From: Eledone cirrhosa
Taxonomy: Eukaryota
Assembly (NCBI GenBank): GCA_964016885.1
Contig: OZ024744.1
Coordinates: 96,286,001 to 96,350,000 of the forward strand
Direction: 5' to 3'
Length of the DNA: 64,000 nucleotides
The translations under genes and the position numbers were made by a program. Within the stretch, counting starts at the first letter, position 1, and each line of letters opens with the position of its first letter. Shown piece by piece: positions 30,500-46,143 of this stretch. The notes beneath the pieces are model-generated. The model saw nothing but the letters and a program-made list of their open reading frames with translations. It was not told the DNA's origin and made no database searches.

Positions 30500-31066
30500 T
30501 CTTGTGATGTACTTATATTGACAGAATCTTCCTTAGTATATGGGCAGTTCCCATTAGTACTATCTGTTGTATTTCTTCTATACGCGGGTTTCCTGGGATT
30601 TGCGATAAGTAATCATTAGCCCCCTTAGGTATCATTCCTAGAGCGCCTACAACCACTGGTATTGTTTTAGTTTATTATTGTTATTGTTATTATTATTGTT
30701 CTTAGAGTCTCAGTCATTGATGTTATTTAACTGGAAAGTTTCTTCAAATGAATATCAAGCCGCTACCTGCAGCCTCAGATATTCAGGACGTATCGGAGGG
30801 TTCTTGCTGTTCTCAGCAAGCATACCTTTTGAAGTGTTCCAAAAAGCAGGGCTGGACTAATCTTCTTTAACCATCCTTGGAAACTCTTTGAGATAGTACC
30901 TAGTGCGCCTATGACAATCGGGACCACTTTGACTTCATGGCAGTTCCAAATCCTTTTTAACTCCCACTTTAAATCCTGGTATCGGTTAATTTTCTCCCTC
31001 TCCTTTTCTTGCACTCTCGTGTCAAATGGGCAGGCTACATCTACAATCAGGCACGATCTTTTTTCC

Positions 31067-31068
<2 letters not shown>
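30500..31068 (-). mobile_element. Two tandem R4/Dong-type LINE 3' ends next to (TTA)n/(TTG)n
   Basis: EKINRYQDLKWELKRIW..VVPIVIGALGTI (30775-31014) and KTIPVVVGALGMIP..GTAHILRKIL (30510-30670). Confidence 0.8.
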
Positions 31069-31165
<97 letters not shown>

Positions 31166-31324
31166 CAGTAGTTTTTGATATTTATTAAGTGTTGTCACTG
31201 CATTACCGAGCATGTTTCTGTGGGCTTTGAGTATGTGCCGTGTTTTTGTTATTGTTGTTGCTGTTGTTGTTGTTGTTGTTTCTAGTGTATTGAAAGCATT
31301 CTATGTAGATACATGTGCAGTGCC

Positions 31325-31396
<72 letters not shown>

Positions 31397-31477
31397 AAGT
31401 AGTAGCAGAAGTAGTAGTAGTAGTAGTAGCAGCAGTAGTAGTAGTAGTGATAGTAGTAGTAGTAGTAGTAGTCGTAA

Positions 31478-31519
<42 letters not shown>

Positions 31520-31676
31520 TAATAGTAGTAGTGGTAGTAGTAGTAGTGGTAGTCGTAGCCGTAGCAGCAGCACTATTTTCTGTATGTTATGTATATTTCG
31601 GGATATGTATTTATCTGCATGATTCTTTTTTGAAAAAAAACAAAAAAACAAAAAAAAAATCAATCTAAAGGCACCT

Positions 31677-31726
<50 letters not shown>

Positions 31727-32013
31727 AATCATCATCATCAATATCAACATCACAGTCATGGCATTTCCCTTTATCAGTCACCGCATTCTGGGCTGCTTTT
31801 TTTTTTTTCTTTCTGATTTGAAATCATTTATGGACGACAACACATTTTCAAATTTCTTTTTTTTTTTTTTAGCGATACATCACCGAGTCTGCTGTATGAT
31901 TGATATTTCGATTATGAGGCACTTTTCTGGTGGTCCACAACCACAACCACAACCACAACCACAACCACAAACATACCCATCTGTCATCTGCCTGTCTCAT
32001 GTCGTACTGCCAG

Positions 32014-32104
<91 letters not shown>

Positions 32105-32399
32105 GACTATATATCTGAGCAAAGGGGTACTCACTCTTCGTACTCCTGGAGATGAGGGTTGCACATTTTTTTTCGGGCGTATGTGTTACCCATATGAAAT
32201 GTCTCCTCCTATTGGGGAAAATCGATTAACTTTTCAATTGCATTTGTGATAATATTTTACACGTTTTTATTGTATGTAAACTTCCCCCTTTGTATTTGTC
32301 CCCTTCTTTTGTGCCCCTGTGGCTAATAAAGAAACATATCTATCTATCTATTTATCTATCTGTCTACCTATAAAACATAACTGTTTCTACTTTATAATA

Positions 32400-32580
32400 G
32401 GTTCTACTTTTGGCACAAGGCCAGCAATTACTCCAGTACATTACTGGTATTTTATTTTATCGACCCCCGTAAGGATGAAAGGCAAAGTTAACCTCGACGG
32501 GATTTGAACTCAGTCCGTAAAGGGATGTAACTGTGCTGGAAAGCATGGCGTCCGACCCTCTACCGATGCTGCCAATCAAC
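32400..32580 (-). mobile_element. S1 SINE
   Basis: Reverse complement of the S1 sequence. Confidence 0.85.
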
Positions 32581-32684
32581 ATAACAATGGCCGATTGTTA
32601 AAGTCAAAATATCCATGTTTGTGTGGTTTAAATATATCTCACAGTACAGTTGCTTTCTTCCCTGATTTCAGGTACTTCGTTGAA

Positions 32685-32816
32685 CTATTGTTGTTGTTGT
32701 TGTATTTCTTTAGTATTGTTGTTGTTGTTGTTATATTTCTTTACTATTGTTGTTGTTGTTGATATATTTCTTTCGTATTGTTGTTGTTGTTGTTGTTGTT
32801 GTTGTTATATTTCTAT

Positions 32817-32852
<36 letters not shown>

Positions 32853-34710
32853 ATATTTCTATATTATTGTTGTTGTTGTTGTTGTTGTTATATTTCTATA
32901 TTGTTGTTGTTGCTATATTTCTATATTGTTGTTGCTGTAATATTTCTATGTTGTTGTTGTTGCTATATTTCTATATTGTTGTTGTTGCTGTAATATTTCT
33001 ATGTTGTTGTTGCTGTAATATTTCTATGTTGTTGTTGTTGTATATTTCTATGTTGTTGTTGTTGTATATTTCTATATTGTTGTTGTTGCTATATTTCTAT
33101 ATTGTTGTTGTTGCTGTAATATTTCTATGTTGTTGTTGTATATTTCTATATTGTTGTTGTTGCTGTAATATTTCTATGTTGTTGTTGTTGTAATATTTCT
33201 ATGTTGTTGTTGTTGTATATTTCTATGTTGTTGTTGTTGCTGTAATATTTCTATGTTGTTGTTGTTGCTATATTTCTATATTGTTGTTGTTGCTGTAATA
33301 TTTCTATGTTGTTGTTGTTGTATATTTCTATGTTGTTGTTGTTGTATATTTCTATATTGTTGTTGTTGCTGTAATATTTCTATGTTGTTGTTGTTGTATA
33401 TTTCTATGTTGTTGTTGTTGCTGTAATATTTCTATGTTGTTGTTGTTGCTATATTTCTATATTGTTGTTGTTGCTGTAATATTTCTATGTTGTTGTTGTT
33501 GTATATTTCTATGTTGTTGTTGTTGTATATTTCTATATTGTTGTTGTTGCTGTAATATTTCTATGTTGTTGTTGTTGTATATTTCTATATTGTTGTTGTT
33601 GCTGTAATATTTCTATGTTGTTGTTGTTGTATATTTCTATGTTGTTGTTGTTGCTATATTTCTATATTGTTGTTGTTGCTGTAATATTTCTATGTTGTTG
33701 TTGTTGTATATTTCTATATTGTTGTTGTTGTTGTATATTTCTATATTGTTGTTGTTGCTGTAATATTTCTATGTTGTTGTTGTTGTATATTTCTATATTG
33801 TTGTTGTTGTTGCTATATTTCTATATTGTTGTTGTTGTATATTTCTATGTTGTTGTTGTTGCTATATTTCTATATTGTTGTTGTTGCTGTAATATTTCTA
33901 TGTTGTTGTTGTTGTATATTTCTATATTGTTGTTGTTGCTGTAATATTTCTATATTGTTGTTGTTGCTGTGATATTTCTATGTTGTTGTTGTTGCTATAT
34001 TTCTATATTGTTGTTGTTGTTGCTATATTTCTATATTGTTGTTGTTGCTGTAATATTTCTATGTTGTTGTTGTTGTATATTTCTATATTGTTGTTGTTGC
34101 TGTAATATTTCTATGTTGTTGTTGTTGTATATTTCTATATTGTTGTTGTTGCTGTAATATTTCTATGTTGTTGTTGTTGTATATTTCTATATTGTTGTTG
34201 TTGCTGTAATATTTCTATGTTGTTGTTGTTGTATATTTCTATATTGTTGTTGTTGCTGTAATATTTCTATGTTGTTGTTGTTGTATATTTCTATGTTGTT
34301 GTTGTTGCTATATTTCTATATTGTTGTTGTTGTTGTATATTTCTATATTGTTGTTGTTGCTGTGATATTTCTATGTTGTTGTTGTTGCTATATTTCTATA
34401 TTGTTGTTGTTGTTGTATATTTCTATATTGTTGTTGTTGTTGCTATATTTCTATGTTGTTGTTGTTGCTGTAATATTTCTATGTTGTTGTTGCTATATTT
34501 CTATATTGTTGTTGTTGCTGTAATATTTCTATGTTGTTATTGTTGCTATATTTCTATATTGTTGTTGTTGTTGTATATTTCTATGTTGTTGTTGTTGCTA
34601 TATTTCTATATTGTTGTTGTTGTTGTATATTTCTATATTGTTGTTGTTGTATATTTCTATATTGTTGTTGTTGTTGTATATTTCTATATTGTTGTTGTTG
34701 TATATTTCTA
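32685..34710. repeat. 2-kb compound minisatellite, TATTTCTAT plus variable (GTT)n
   Basis: Invariant atttctat anchor separated by variable GTT runs ending in gctgtaat, gctat or gtat. Confidence 0.95.
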
Positions 34711-35012
34711 TACCGTGTCTTTCGGTATTGATTTCATTAAGGTTTCATTGATCCTTTTATTCCTTCTTTAGTTTCTCTCTTTTTTCTGTTTCTTTTCGGT
34801 ATTGATTTTACTTCGAGTTTGATCGTCTTATATGAGTACAAAAGGTCGGTAAAATCAAGTACCAGTAATGCACTGGGGTCGATTTAATCAACTTTTCCGT
34901 CTCCCCAAATTGCTGGCCTTGTGCCTATATCAGAAACCAATATTATTATTGTTGTTATTGTCATTGTTATTGATACTTTTTATTATTATTGTTGCTGTTG
35001 TTGCTGTTGCAG

Positions 35013-35050
<38 letters not shown>

Positions 35051-35155
35051 GTTGTTGTTGTTGTTGTTATTAATGTAATTATTGATAGTTGTTGCCATTG
35101 TAAGTAGTGAAACAAAAAGTAGTTAAAGTAGTAATAGTAGTAGTAGTAATAGTAA

Positions 35156-35200
<45 letters not shown>

Positions 35201-35293
35201 AATTAGTAGTAATAGTAGTAGTAGTGATAGTGGCGGCGACGGCAGTAGTAGTAGTATTAGTATTAGTATTAGTATTAGTATTAGTAGTAGTAT

Positions 35294-35327
<34 letters not shown>

Positions 35328-35449
35328 GTTGGTGGTGGTGGTAGTGGTGGTGGTGGTGGTACATTATGGTAGTGGTACATTATTAACAATAATAGTCGAT
35401 GAGGTAGTAGTAATAATGGTGGTGATTGGTGGAGTTGCTAGAGACGTCG

Positions 35450-35856
35450 AATAGGCCGCCACCTTGCGGCCATTTTTGTTCCGATTTCAAATACCGGTTA
35501 GAGATTCAAATGCCGCCGCTGGCCCTCACGCAACAAGAAGGCATCAAAGCGGACTACAAGAAGGTTTCAGCGGCAACCTGGTACAGTCTGCGACCAGCCC
35601 AGGCTGTGTTGCACATATATCGCTCACTCTCCGACACGTTTGCAGTCGAGCCCATAGCAGTGGAGACCTCTATTGTCCTTGACCATAGGGCCAACTCCCT
35701 ACTCACCACCATCGGCACAAGGTTGGCTACCTGCTGGAGTGAGATTCACAAGCTAGAATGGCTCTTCCAAAGAGTCTCCTTCACTATCTTCCGTGGAAAC
35801 GCCTTCTCTATTCTGTTCGCCGGGGCCACGGGGCGGCCAGCACGCGGCTCCCATTA
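35450..35856 (+). mobile_element. CRE-like non-LTR retrotransposon 3' end (restriction-like endonuclease C-terminus)
   Basis: EPIAVETS..IGTRL..WLFQRVSFTIFRGNAFSIL; related FIFVPVAVETPGVLG at about 55250-55300. Confidence 0.65.
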
Positions 35857-36738
35857 GCTTATAATAGTGAGAGATGAGGAGAGCGAGAGAGAGACAGAGA
35901 CCAGTGAGTGAAAGAGAGAGAACATTAACGCACACACGCACTTGATAAGACAACATTTGATGTTATATACAATGTATTTGCATTGAATAGTGCTCCAACA
36001 TCAGTGTTAACGAAGCAAAAGTCGCAACTTCTAATTACCATCAAAACGGGTACTCTAAACGAGGTATGGGCTCTGCCTTTCCCTATCTGATTAACCCTTT
36101 AGCATTTCAAACAACCGTATCTGGCCAGAATTCTCTCACCTCTTTTGGTTGCTCATACTTATGTTACGGTATTGATTTCAAAATAAATAATATCAAAATC
36201 TCATAGATTCGATATTACGCGAGGTAAAGTATTTACCACCTTTACATCTTTACATCTTTACATCTTTACATCTAGTTATGTATTGGACTGGTTATCTCAC
36301 TTTCATTTACTCATTCAACTATGTGACTAATCCTTTTCTAAATCTTACAGCCAGTCAGTCAGCCAGCCAATGTCATTCTGATTTTATCTGATGTCTCTTT
36401 ATGAATGTGAGTTGAACACCCAAACCATTATTCCACATGCTTTCAAACATCACCATCATTGTCTTCTCTATGATTGGACAGATATTCCACCACCTTGACA
36501 CATCACAGTTATGCCATGCATACAGGGTAGGCTGGGGATGGCTAGGGGTGTGCTGGGGGGAAGAGCAAGTTTCGCGTTGAGGTAAGTGGGACACGTTGCT
36601 TTGGCTCCATTATTAATCAAGCTCACTAGCGAATAAAAACCCAAGGTTTTTCATAAATATTAGAAGCCATCTTAACCACGAAGGTACGCTGCAGATTATT
36701 ATCATTATTATCATTATCATCATTATCATTATCATTAC

Positions 36739-36785
<47 letters not shown>

Positions 36786-36831
36786 TAATAATAATAATAA
36801 TAATAACAACAATAATAATAATTATTATTAT

Positions 36832-37037
36832 TTCTACAATAGGCACAAGGCCAGTAATTTTTTTTTGGGGGGGGGAGTCGATTAAATCAACCCTAGTGTA
36901 TTACTGGTACTTTATTTTATCGACCCAGTAAGGATGAAAGGCAAAGTAAACCTCGACGGGATTTGATCTCAGAATGGCAAGGGCCGTAACTCTATGCGTC
37001 AAAGCATGGCGTCCGACCCTCTACCGCTACTGCCAAT
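36832..37037 (-). mobile_element. S1 SINE flanked by (TAA)n on both sides
   Basis: Reverse complement of the S1 sequence. Confidence 0.85.
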
Positions 37038-37284
37038 TCATAATAATAATAATTATTATTAGTGATAGTAGTATTAGCAGTAGCAGTAGTAGTAGTAGTA
37101 GTAGTAGTAGCAGCAGCAATAGAATCATCAACATCCTTTGTAATTGTAACTGTAAAAATACCAATAATAATATTCATATTAATTGTTAGTGGTGGTAATG
37201 GTGTCGGCAATGGTGGTAGTAGCAGTAGTAGTAGTGGTAGTAGTAGTAGTAGTAGCAGAAGCAGTAGTAGTAACAGTAGTAGTG

Positions 37285-37318
<34 letters not shown>

Positions 37319-37387
37319 CAGAAGCAGTAGTAGTAACAGTAGTAGTGGTAGTAGTAGTAGTAGCAGAAGCAGTAGTAGTAACAGTAA

Positions 37388-37435
<48 letters not shown>

Positions 37436-37504
37436 CAGAAGCAGTAGTAGTAACAGTAGTAGTGGTAGTAGTAGTAGTAGCAGAAGCAGTAGTAGTAACA
37501 GTAA

Positions 37505-37552
<48 letters not shown>

Positions 37553-37993
37553 CACCAGAAGCAGTAGTAACAGCAGCAATATATTTTTCAAGTGGTAGAA
37601 TATTATCAAGTGTCAAACGGCTTCATCATTGTGATGGCTGGACGAGGATTTGGGACCCACACAAGAAAGGAATGTCATGTTTTTCCTAATGAGAATTATG
37701 GACAAATAGCATCATATATATATGAGCATTGGGGGCAACTGTCCATGATTCCCGACCCTCAGCAAGAATATTATATCACCCTTTTACTATTCTACTCGTT
37801 TCGCTCATTGGACTTAGTTCATCGAACTCATGTACTTAGTTCATCGGATCGCTATTTGTCGAACCGCTAAGTTTCGGGACATAAATAGACACAACGATAA
37901 ACACACTGTTCTTTTTTGTTTCTACAAATTCATATAATAACTACATTTGTTGACGTTATCTTTGCAAATTTCCCGCCCCCTCCCACACACAAG

Positions 37994-38026
<33 letters not shown>

Positions 38027-38110
38027 GTGTATATATTTATATATAGGTATATGTATATTTATATATAATATATATATATATATGCGTGTGTATATATATA
38101 TAATATCTAT

Positions 38111-38164
<54 letters not shown>

Positions 38165-38240
38165 GTATGTATAAGTATAATATGCATACATACATATATA
38201 TATATATGTGTATATATATATATACATATATATATATATC

Positions 38241-38436
<196 letters not shown>

Positions 38437-39845
38437 CATATACACATATATATATGTGTATATATAAAAAAAAGATTATATCAGTCGTGCTGGTGAGTAT
38501 AGAACGATATATTATGTTATATATCTTACATATCTTATGTATAAGCAAAGCATGCTCAATGCTTGAAGTTGCAATATTGAATGCTTATGAAAGCGAAGGT
38601 AGTATTTAGGAAGAATTAATATGCAAATGACATAAGCAGAGCGATTATAAACAGAAAATTGTGAAGATGAATCAAAGCACACTCATCAACATTGTTTATT
38701 CCTTACATAATATTTTATATAGATAAATAATCTAAAGGTGTAAGCTCAAAATATTAACTTAACGAAATTCATACTAATTTAACGAAAAAGAAGATCGATA
38801 TAATACTTACTGCAAGGACCAAAATATATTTGAATTTGATGGATCATATTGGACTAGTGCCACCTGCCTCAATAACTTTCATATAATGGCGTCGAGTGAT
38901 TCTGCCAGGTTACTGATCTAGTCCCGACTAGATCAGTAACCTGGGCAGAATCACTCGACGCCATTATATGAATTAGCATTGAGGCAGGTGGCTCTAGTCC
39001 AATATGATCCATCAAATTCAAATATATTTTGGTCCTTGCAGTAAGTATTATATCGATTTTCTTTTTCGTTAAATTAGTATGAACTTCGTTAAGATAATAT
39101 GTTGAGCTTACACCTTTAGATTATTTATCTATATAAAATATTATGTAAGGAATAAACAATGGTGAGGAGGAAATACAAATCTTGCAGGGTATTACATAGA
39201 GACGACGCTCTATTTACGGCAAATAATTATAACCCTCGTAGGATGGAAAATCTCAATAAACATATACATAGATTCTTTACAACTTATGGTCTCTCTATTA
39301 CTATAGACCTTAATGATAGGAAAGTCAATTTTCTCGATGTTACATTAAAGTTGGATACAGGGCTGCACCACCCTTACCATAATCCAGGTGAGGTTCTCAC
39401 GTATATAAGTAGGTTCGTAAATAACCCGCCGTCTATACTTGACTTTATTGTAAAAAGTATCTCTTATAGACTTTTTAGACTATCTGGTAGTGAGGAAATT
39501 TTCAACGATATTGCAGGATATTATAATGCCGTATCATCTAAATCAGGTTACGTTAATAAAACCTCTTATATCCCCAATATTAGATCATTTAATAAGTCTC
39601 GGAACAGCAACATAATTACGCAAACTAATAATTTTAGAAAATATATGAGTTGTAATATTTGTAAAAGTAAATGTAATAAAAATAGTCAATTTATAAATAG
39701 TATCCTAATTAGCACCTATAAAACTAGTAAACGAAATATAGCACCTCAAACTAAAGTTGTAAACCTTGATCCTACATATGAAATTAATAAAGGTGATGAC
39801 CTACCTCCCACGCCTAGCAATGAATTTAGAATTAAGTGAAATAAT

Positions 39846-40019
39846 TGTTTCTATTTTTGGCACAAGGCCAGAAATTACCCAGTGCATTACTGGTACTTTA
39901 TTTTATCTACTCCGTAAGGATGAAAGGCAAAGTTAACCTTGGCGGGATTTGAACTCAAACCGTAAAGGGACGTAACTATGCTGGAAAGCATGGCGTCCGA
40001 CCTTCTTCTGATACTGCCA
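39846..40019 (-). mobile_element. S1 SINE inserted in PLE3 with a 12-bp target-site duplication
   Basis: aagtgaaataat at 39834-39845 and 40020-40031. Confidence 0.9.
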
Positions 40020-41065
40020 AAGTGAAATAATGGCTCTAAAGGTGTAAAAACACAACCTATAGGTAAGGTAGTAACAAATTTGCTAGAATTAATGATAACA
40101 TCGGTGTCACTCCATATAATTTGTTAGACCGCACAACTAGGGATATGCGACCTAGAAAATGTAAGCGTAAAATTTCCTGATATAATCCACCTTACTCGAG
40201 AGATCTTGCTTCTAATATTCCTAAAATACTTTCCACTTTTTTACAAAAGAATTTCCCGCCTAGCCATAGATATAAACTAATTAATAAGAACAATGTTAAT
40301 ATTTCTTGTTCTACAACTCCAAACTTAGTTGATTATATCGGCTTTAGTAACCACAAGAAACTATCTAAGCTTCGAAGATCTGTGAAGGATGAGAATTGTT
40401 AACCTCGGTACCCATTACTCATAAACAGTAGTGATAATAGCAACGAATTTGATACCTAATTATCCTTGTATTAATCTACCTACATGTAACATGAATTGTT
40501 ATTGTAGGGTTCCTAAAAACTGCCCACTAGGTGGTTACTGTCTTTTATATAATGTAATATACAAGTGTATAGTGACCACTGATGATTGTACTAAATCCCA
40601 CATAGGCGCTACTGCGAATAAATTTAAGACTAGGTTTAGTTTTCATCTTCACTCTTTTAAAAATAAAAAAAACTAAGGAACTCGACATCTGTAGCTAATT
40701 ACATTACTGAATTAGTCGAATCTAACATTAACTATACAACTCATTTGAATATTATTGATACAGCATATCCCCATGATTATAAGAAAAACATGTAATTTAT
40801 GTCTTATAGAAGCATTCTACATCATACGGTCCTATAATAACCGATAGGTCCTATAATAACCGATAGGAGTCGTTGTAAATTGTTTACATCGACTTCCATA
40901 TTCATTCTCAAACTGAGTTTGTGATCCGACTTAGGTAATACAAGAGTGGATAAAGTCCTCTTCTGAACTTCATGGTTGGATATGGTAACTGTTCTGTATT
41001 GGATGTTATATTTTGCATCTTATACTAAAGCACTTAAATCAAGACTGTGCAACTATTATAGTGTA

Positions 41066-41158
<93 letters not shown>

Positions 41159-41439
41159 TATTTGTACTAAATATAAGAAACGTCTTGACTATGATGCATA
41201 ACTGATGATATTGGTGATTCTTTTTTATAAGATTAACTATATATCATCACCTATATAATTGAATAATTACATACAACAGTCAAAGGGTTTTATTACAATT
41301 TAAATTAACACTCGAAATATTTTTAATTATAGCTTACTATCAACTTCTACTTTTGAGGACTAAGCTTATAGTACAGTGTATTAATTCTAAGATGTAAGAT
41401 ACTAGCTGTGTTTTTATTTTTTGTTTTAGTTTATATAAG

Positions 41440-41532
41440 CCTGTGGCTGAGTGGTAAGCGAACTGGATTCGCAATTGTGAGGTCGTGAGTTCGATTCCAG
41501 GATCGGGCGATGCGTTATGTTCTTAAGCAAGT
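41440..41532 (+). mobile_element. tRNA-like SINE head (S2-related)
   Basis: A-box tggctgagtgg, B-box gttcgattcc, then ttcttaagcaag as in the S2 body. Confidence 0.65.
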
Positions 41533-41826
41533 CGATCGTTCATTTTACATATTTGTTTTATTATTATTTTGTCACCTGTTATTCATGAATAATATAGTAT
41601 CTTCTTGATACTTGAATATAATCTAACTATTGAAATCATCTCTCTTAATTATCTTTAAATCGTATCTAAGTTAAATATATAATGGTTTCAAGGTGAAAAT
41701 AGATCGATCTATATAATTAAAACAAAACTACGTTTGTTAATTTGTCCTTATATAGATTGTTCTAATTAATTTATAGATGGTTGGATGAGTATTTTAATAT
41801 TAAATTATAAAAAAGGATATGTATAA

Positions 41827-41928
<102 letters not shown>

Positions 41929-42164
41929 TTGTGTGTGTATGTATATATACATTGTTCGAGTCCTAACTGTCTTTTCTTGACTTATTATCTCCCTTTGATA
42001 ACAAGATGTATAATTTTGTTTATTTCAACATGGCCGCTGACTATTTTAATATGCAACATAAACGTAATATTAGTTGCTGTTTCTTTGAATATATTGATAA
42101 TTAAGTTGCACGAGGTAAAGTTTATCTTTATCTTGAGTTAACATCCTTATGAGCTTTTGTTGCC

Positions 42165-42279
42165 TTCTTCTGACGATTCTAGATTGATATGTATTTATCG
42201 GTGGTTTCGGGTTGAATTTCATTCTATTTTGAACTTAAACCTTTAGATTATTCATCCATATGAAACACGATGTTAAGAA
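42165..42279 (+). ncRNA. Hammerhead motif in the PLE3 3' pLTR (long degenerate stem II)
   Basis: ttctt-CTGACGA(42170)-...-GAAA(42262)-CA-cga-TG-TT-aagaa. Confidence 0.65.
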
Positions 42280-43725
42280 CAAACAATGTTGATAAGTGTG
42301 CTTTGATTCTCCTTTACAATTTTCTGTATATATATATACACACACACACATATATATATATATATGTATATAATATAATATATATATATATAATATATAT
42401 ATATATAAACACACATATTTATAATACTCACACACATATTTATATATACACATACACGATGGGTTTCTACAATTTGTCTTCCAAAATTTCGCATACAACG
42501 AATTGTTATACACGAGGCTACTGTAGCATTATACTTGGCGAAAGGGTCACTCTCATAGTAGGATCGAACATGGAACAACGTAGTCGAGAAAAAAAATTAT
42601 GTCTGAGTAATAGTTATCATATCATTGGGGATAGTAGTAGTAGCAGCAGCAGCAGCAGTAATGGCGGTGGTGGTAGTAGTAGCAGCAGCAGCAGCAGCAG
42701 CTGTAGTAGTATTAATAATAGTATTACTAGCAGTATTCGTATTAGTATTAGTATTAGTATTTGTAGTAGTAGTATTACTAGTAATATTACTAGCAATATT
42801 CGTATTAATAGTAGCATTAGTATTAATATTTGTAGTAGTAACAGCAACAGCGGCAGATTTAACGGTAATATTGTTAAACGTTAATTTTAATTTTTATTTT
42901 TGAAGCAATCGTTTAAAATTTATTCTTAGTTTATTGTCACAGCTAAGATAAAATAAACTTTTTATGAATGAAAAAAGAAAACCTCTAAAAAAAACCATAA
43001 AAAGAAGAAATTTTGTGATTTTTTTCTATTTTTTCAAAAGGAATATTGTAAGTGACGGATTAAAATAGTCTCAACTCCGACAAATATCGTAAAGATTCCA
43101 TTGTTAACGCGATAACATGGATTACAGAGTTGGACTTTAGCATGAACGCTACGAAGCGCAAAAAAAAAAAAAAAAAAAAAAATTACCTACTGGCAAAACG
43201 TGTAACGATATTGTTATTGCCCGTGAATGCGAAACTGCGGCTCAGTTGTTCATTCTCGACTCTATTCTCTCTACCACATGATCACTAGACAGCGGCGCCA
43301 TTACCTCAACTTATTCAATCGCTGTCTATGTATATAAATTACAGCAGACATTGTTACTCGCATTTCACCTGTATTCAGTATTTTTTGCTCTACACATATA
43401 TTATATCGTGGAAGCTTTCTTTGTTGTTCGAGTGGACTAAAGCTTAGTTATAGCTTCCTTCTTTAAGCTCAGTTAACGCAGCTGATAGTGCTCGACACTT
43501 GCGAAAAGATTGAAAAAAAAAAAACAATAAACAAAAAAACAAACAAACAACAAACAAACAAACAAACAAATAAAACAAAAGAAAAAAAAAAGAAAGATGA
43601 TCATGTTTCTTTGTTATATATAGTCACTGTTAATGTTTTCTTCTATGTTGTTGAAGAATGTCCAATCTTAAACTGCGAAACCACAAGATGTATTATGTTC
43701 TTAAGGACCAAATGAATTGTGTGTG

Positions 43726-43826
<101 letters not shown>

Positions 43827-43928
43827 ATATATATTTATATATATATATATACATACATACATATATGTATATATATATATGTATATATATATGTATGTTT
43901 GTGTGTGTATATATATATATAAGTATAT

Positions 43929-43979
<51 letters not shown>

Positions 43980-44059
43980 CATATATGTATGTTTGTATAT
44001 ATATATAATGTATGTATATATATTTATATATGTATATATATATTTATGTATGTATGTTT

Positions 44060-44163
<104 letters not shown>

Positions 44164-44199
44164 TTATATATGTATGTTTGTAATATATGTATATATATA

Positions 44200-44782
44200 T
44201 GATGGCTGCCCTCTCGTTATCGAGTATGGACATTCCACGATATACCATTATTAATAATTATTAATTAATTCTATCGTGCAATGCCTGTGCGTGAAGATAT
44301 TTTTTAAAGTGAGGAAAAACAGTGCACTGAGCCAATCCCACTCTCTGAGCGACAGTAGCTATAACCCCCAAAGAAGAAAAGATCAACATCATCGATAACT
44401 ACTGAGCCGCAGGTTTTAGATCGGAGTTATCCCAGTTTCCTGAGATGCCTGCTCCTAGAAAAATTCCCTGAGAAAGACTAGGGGTCCTTCACTCCTAGTG
44501 CTTTAACTGCAGGATCTGGTGTCCAGCCCGACTATTTCTATGTCCTCGTGCATATACATATTAACATGTGTATATACATAATATTTACACACTTTTGGAT
44601 GGCCGTTGACTCTTATGAGTTCTTCCCCCTTTGTCAGGTTTTGTTTTTTGTCCTGCAGGGTGTCCCAAATCACCTTCCTCACTAAATAAACTTGGTGGGG
44701 TTGCCGGTTTAGTCTCCGACGAACCGACCATGCGACAGGTGTTACTGGGTTACATGTTACCAGTAGCACTCAAGAATGACCT

Positions 44783-44785
<3 letters not shown>
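44200..44785 (-). mobile_element. Family R-related RTE-derived element (diverged subfamily)
   Basis: Homologous to 55465-55995; shares ggatggccgttgactcttatgag and gttacatgttaccagtagcactcaag. Confidence 0.7.
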
Positions 44786-44872
<87 letters not shown>

Positions 44873-45048
44873 TATATCTATTGCCTATGATTGCTTGAAA
44901 AAGCATGACGACATCTTTCTGAATGATTTTGTGTTTAGCTGCTTGAGATTCCGATAATACTGTCTTTTCTTTTTCTCTATAACATTTCTATAAACGTTTG
45001 CTTTTTGTTTGATACCACCACCACCACCACCACCACCACCACCACCAA

Positions 45049-45108
<60 letters not shown>

Positions 45109-45419
45109 AGCGATAAACACCATTGTTATTATTATATTTTACATAGGGTTTTGAAACTTTCTAATATTCTTGACCAGGAGGGTTGAAGGCTAAGGGGAAT
45201 AATTATTATTTGAAATTAAATTTCTGGGGAAGGAGAAGAAGAAAAGAAAACCGTTATAAGGTCTTTACATTCATCATTGGCAGATCAGCTTATCTTCATA
45301 AGTTAGTGTGGTGTTAGCAAATACTCATTGCTAATCTAAATCACAGGCACAAGTCTGCCACAGAATGTTTCGTGCTTTACTCTTTACATAACATACACAT
45401 ACAGGTCGGCGTGCGCCCA

Positions 45420-46072
45420 TATCACACACACACACACGCACCCCCCACCCCACACACACACACACATACCGCCACCGCCACCACGAACACCAACACCACC
45501 AGCACCACCACCACCACCATCACCACTACCACCACCACCGCCATCACCATCACCACCACTAACCACCACCACGAACATCACCACCATCACCACCACCACC
45601 ACGAACATCACCATCACCACCACCACCACGAACATCACCACCACCACCACCACGAACATCACCATCACCACCACCACCACCACGAACATCACCATCACCA
45701 CCACCACCACCACCACGAACATCACCATCACCACCATAACCACCACCAACATCACCATCACCTCCATCATCACCATCACCATCACTGCCATCATCATCAC
45801 CACCAGCATCACCGCCATCATCAACATCACCATCACCATCACTGTCATCATCACCACCACCACCACCACCACCACCATCACCGCCATCATCGTCATCATT
45901 ATTATCACCACCACTACCATCACCTCCATACAACTACCACCACCACCACCACCACCATCACCACCATCACTACCATCACCATCAACAACACCACCACCAC
46001 ATGACTAGAACGACAACGAGAAAAAAAAAAAACTAAACGATCATCATCATCGTTGTCATCGTGGTCATCGCC

Positions 46073-46143
<71 letters not shown>

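Noticed and set aside
32685-34710. Repeat-spacer pattern resembling CRISPR
   Set aside because: The spacers are only GTT runs
41190-41270. CTGATGA followed by a hairpin
   Set aside because: No GAAA-stem III-UH at the proper position; not called an HHR
41440-41515. Possible tRNA gene (also 51468-51540)
   Set aside because: A and B boxes are present but there is no clean cloverleaf, and the sequence continues into a SINE body
45372-46004. 210-aa His/Thr-rich ORF
   Set aside because: Entirely (CAC/CAT)n microsatellite; no splice or domain evidence
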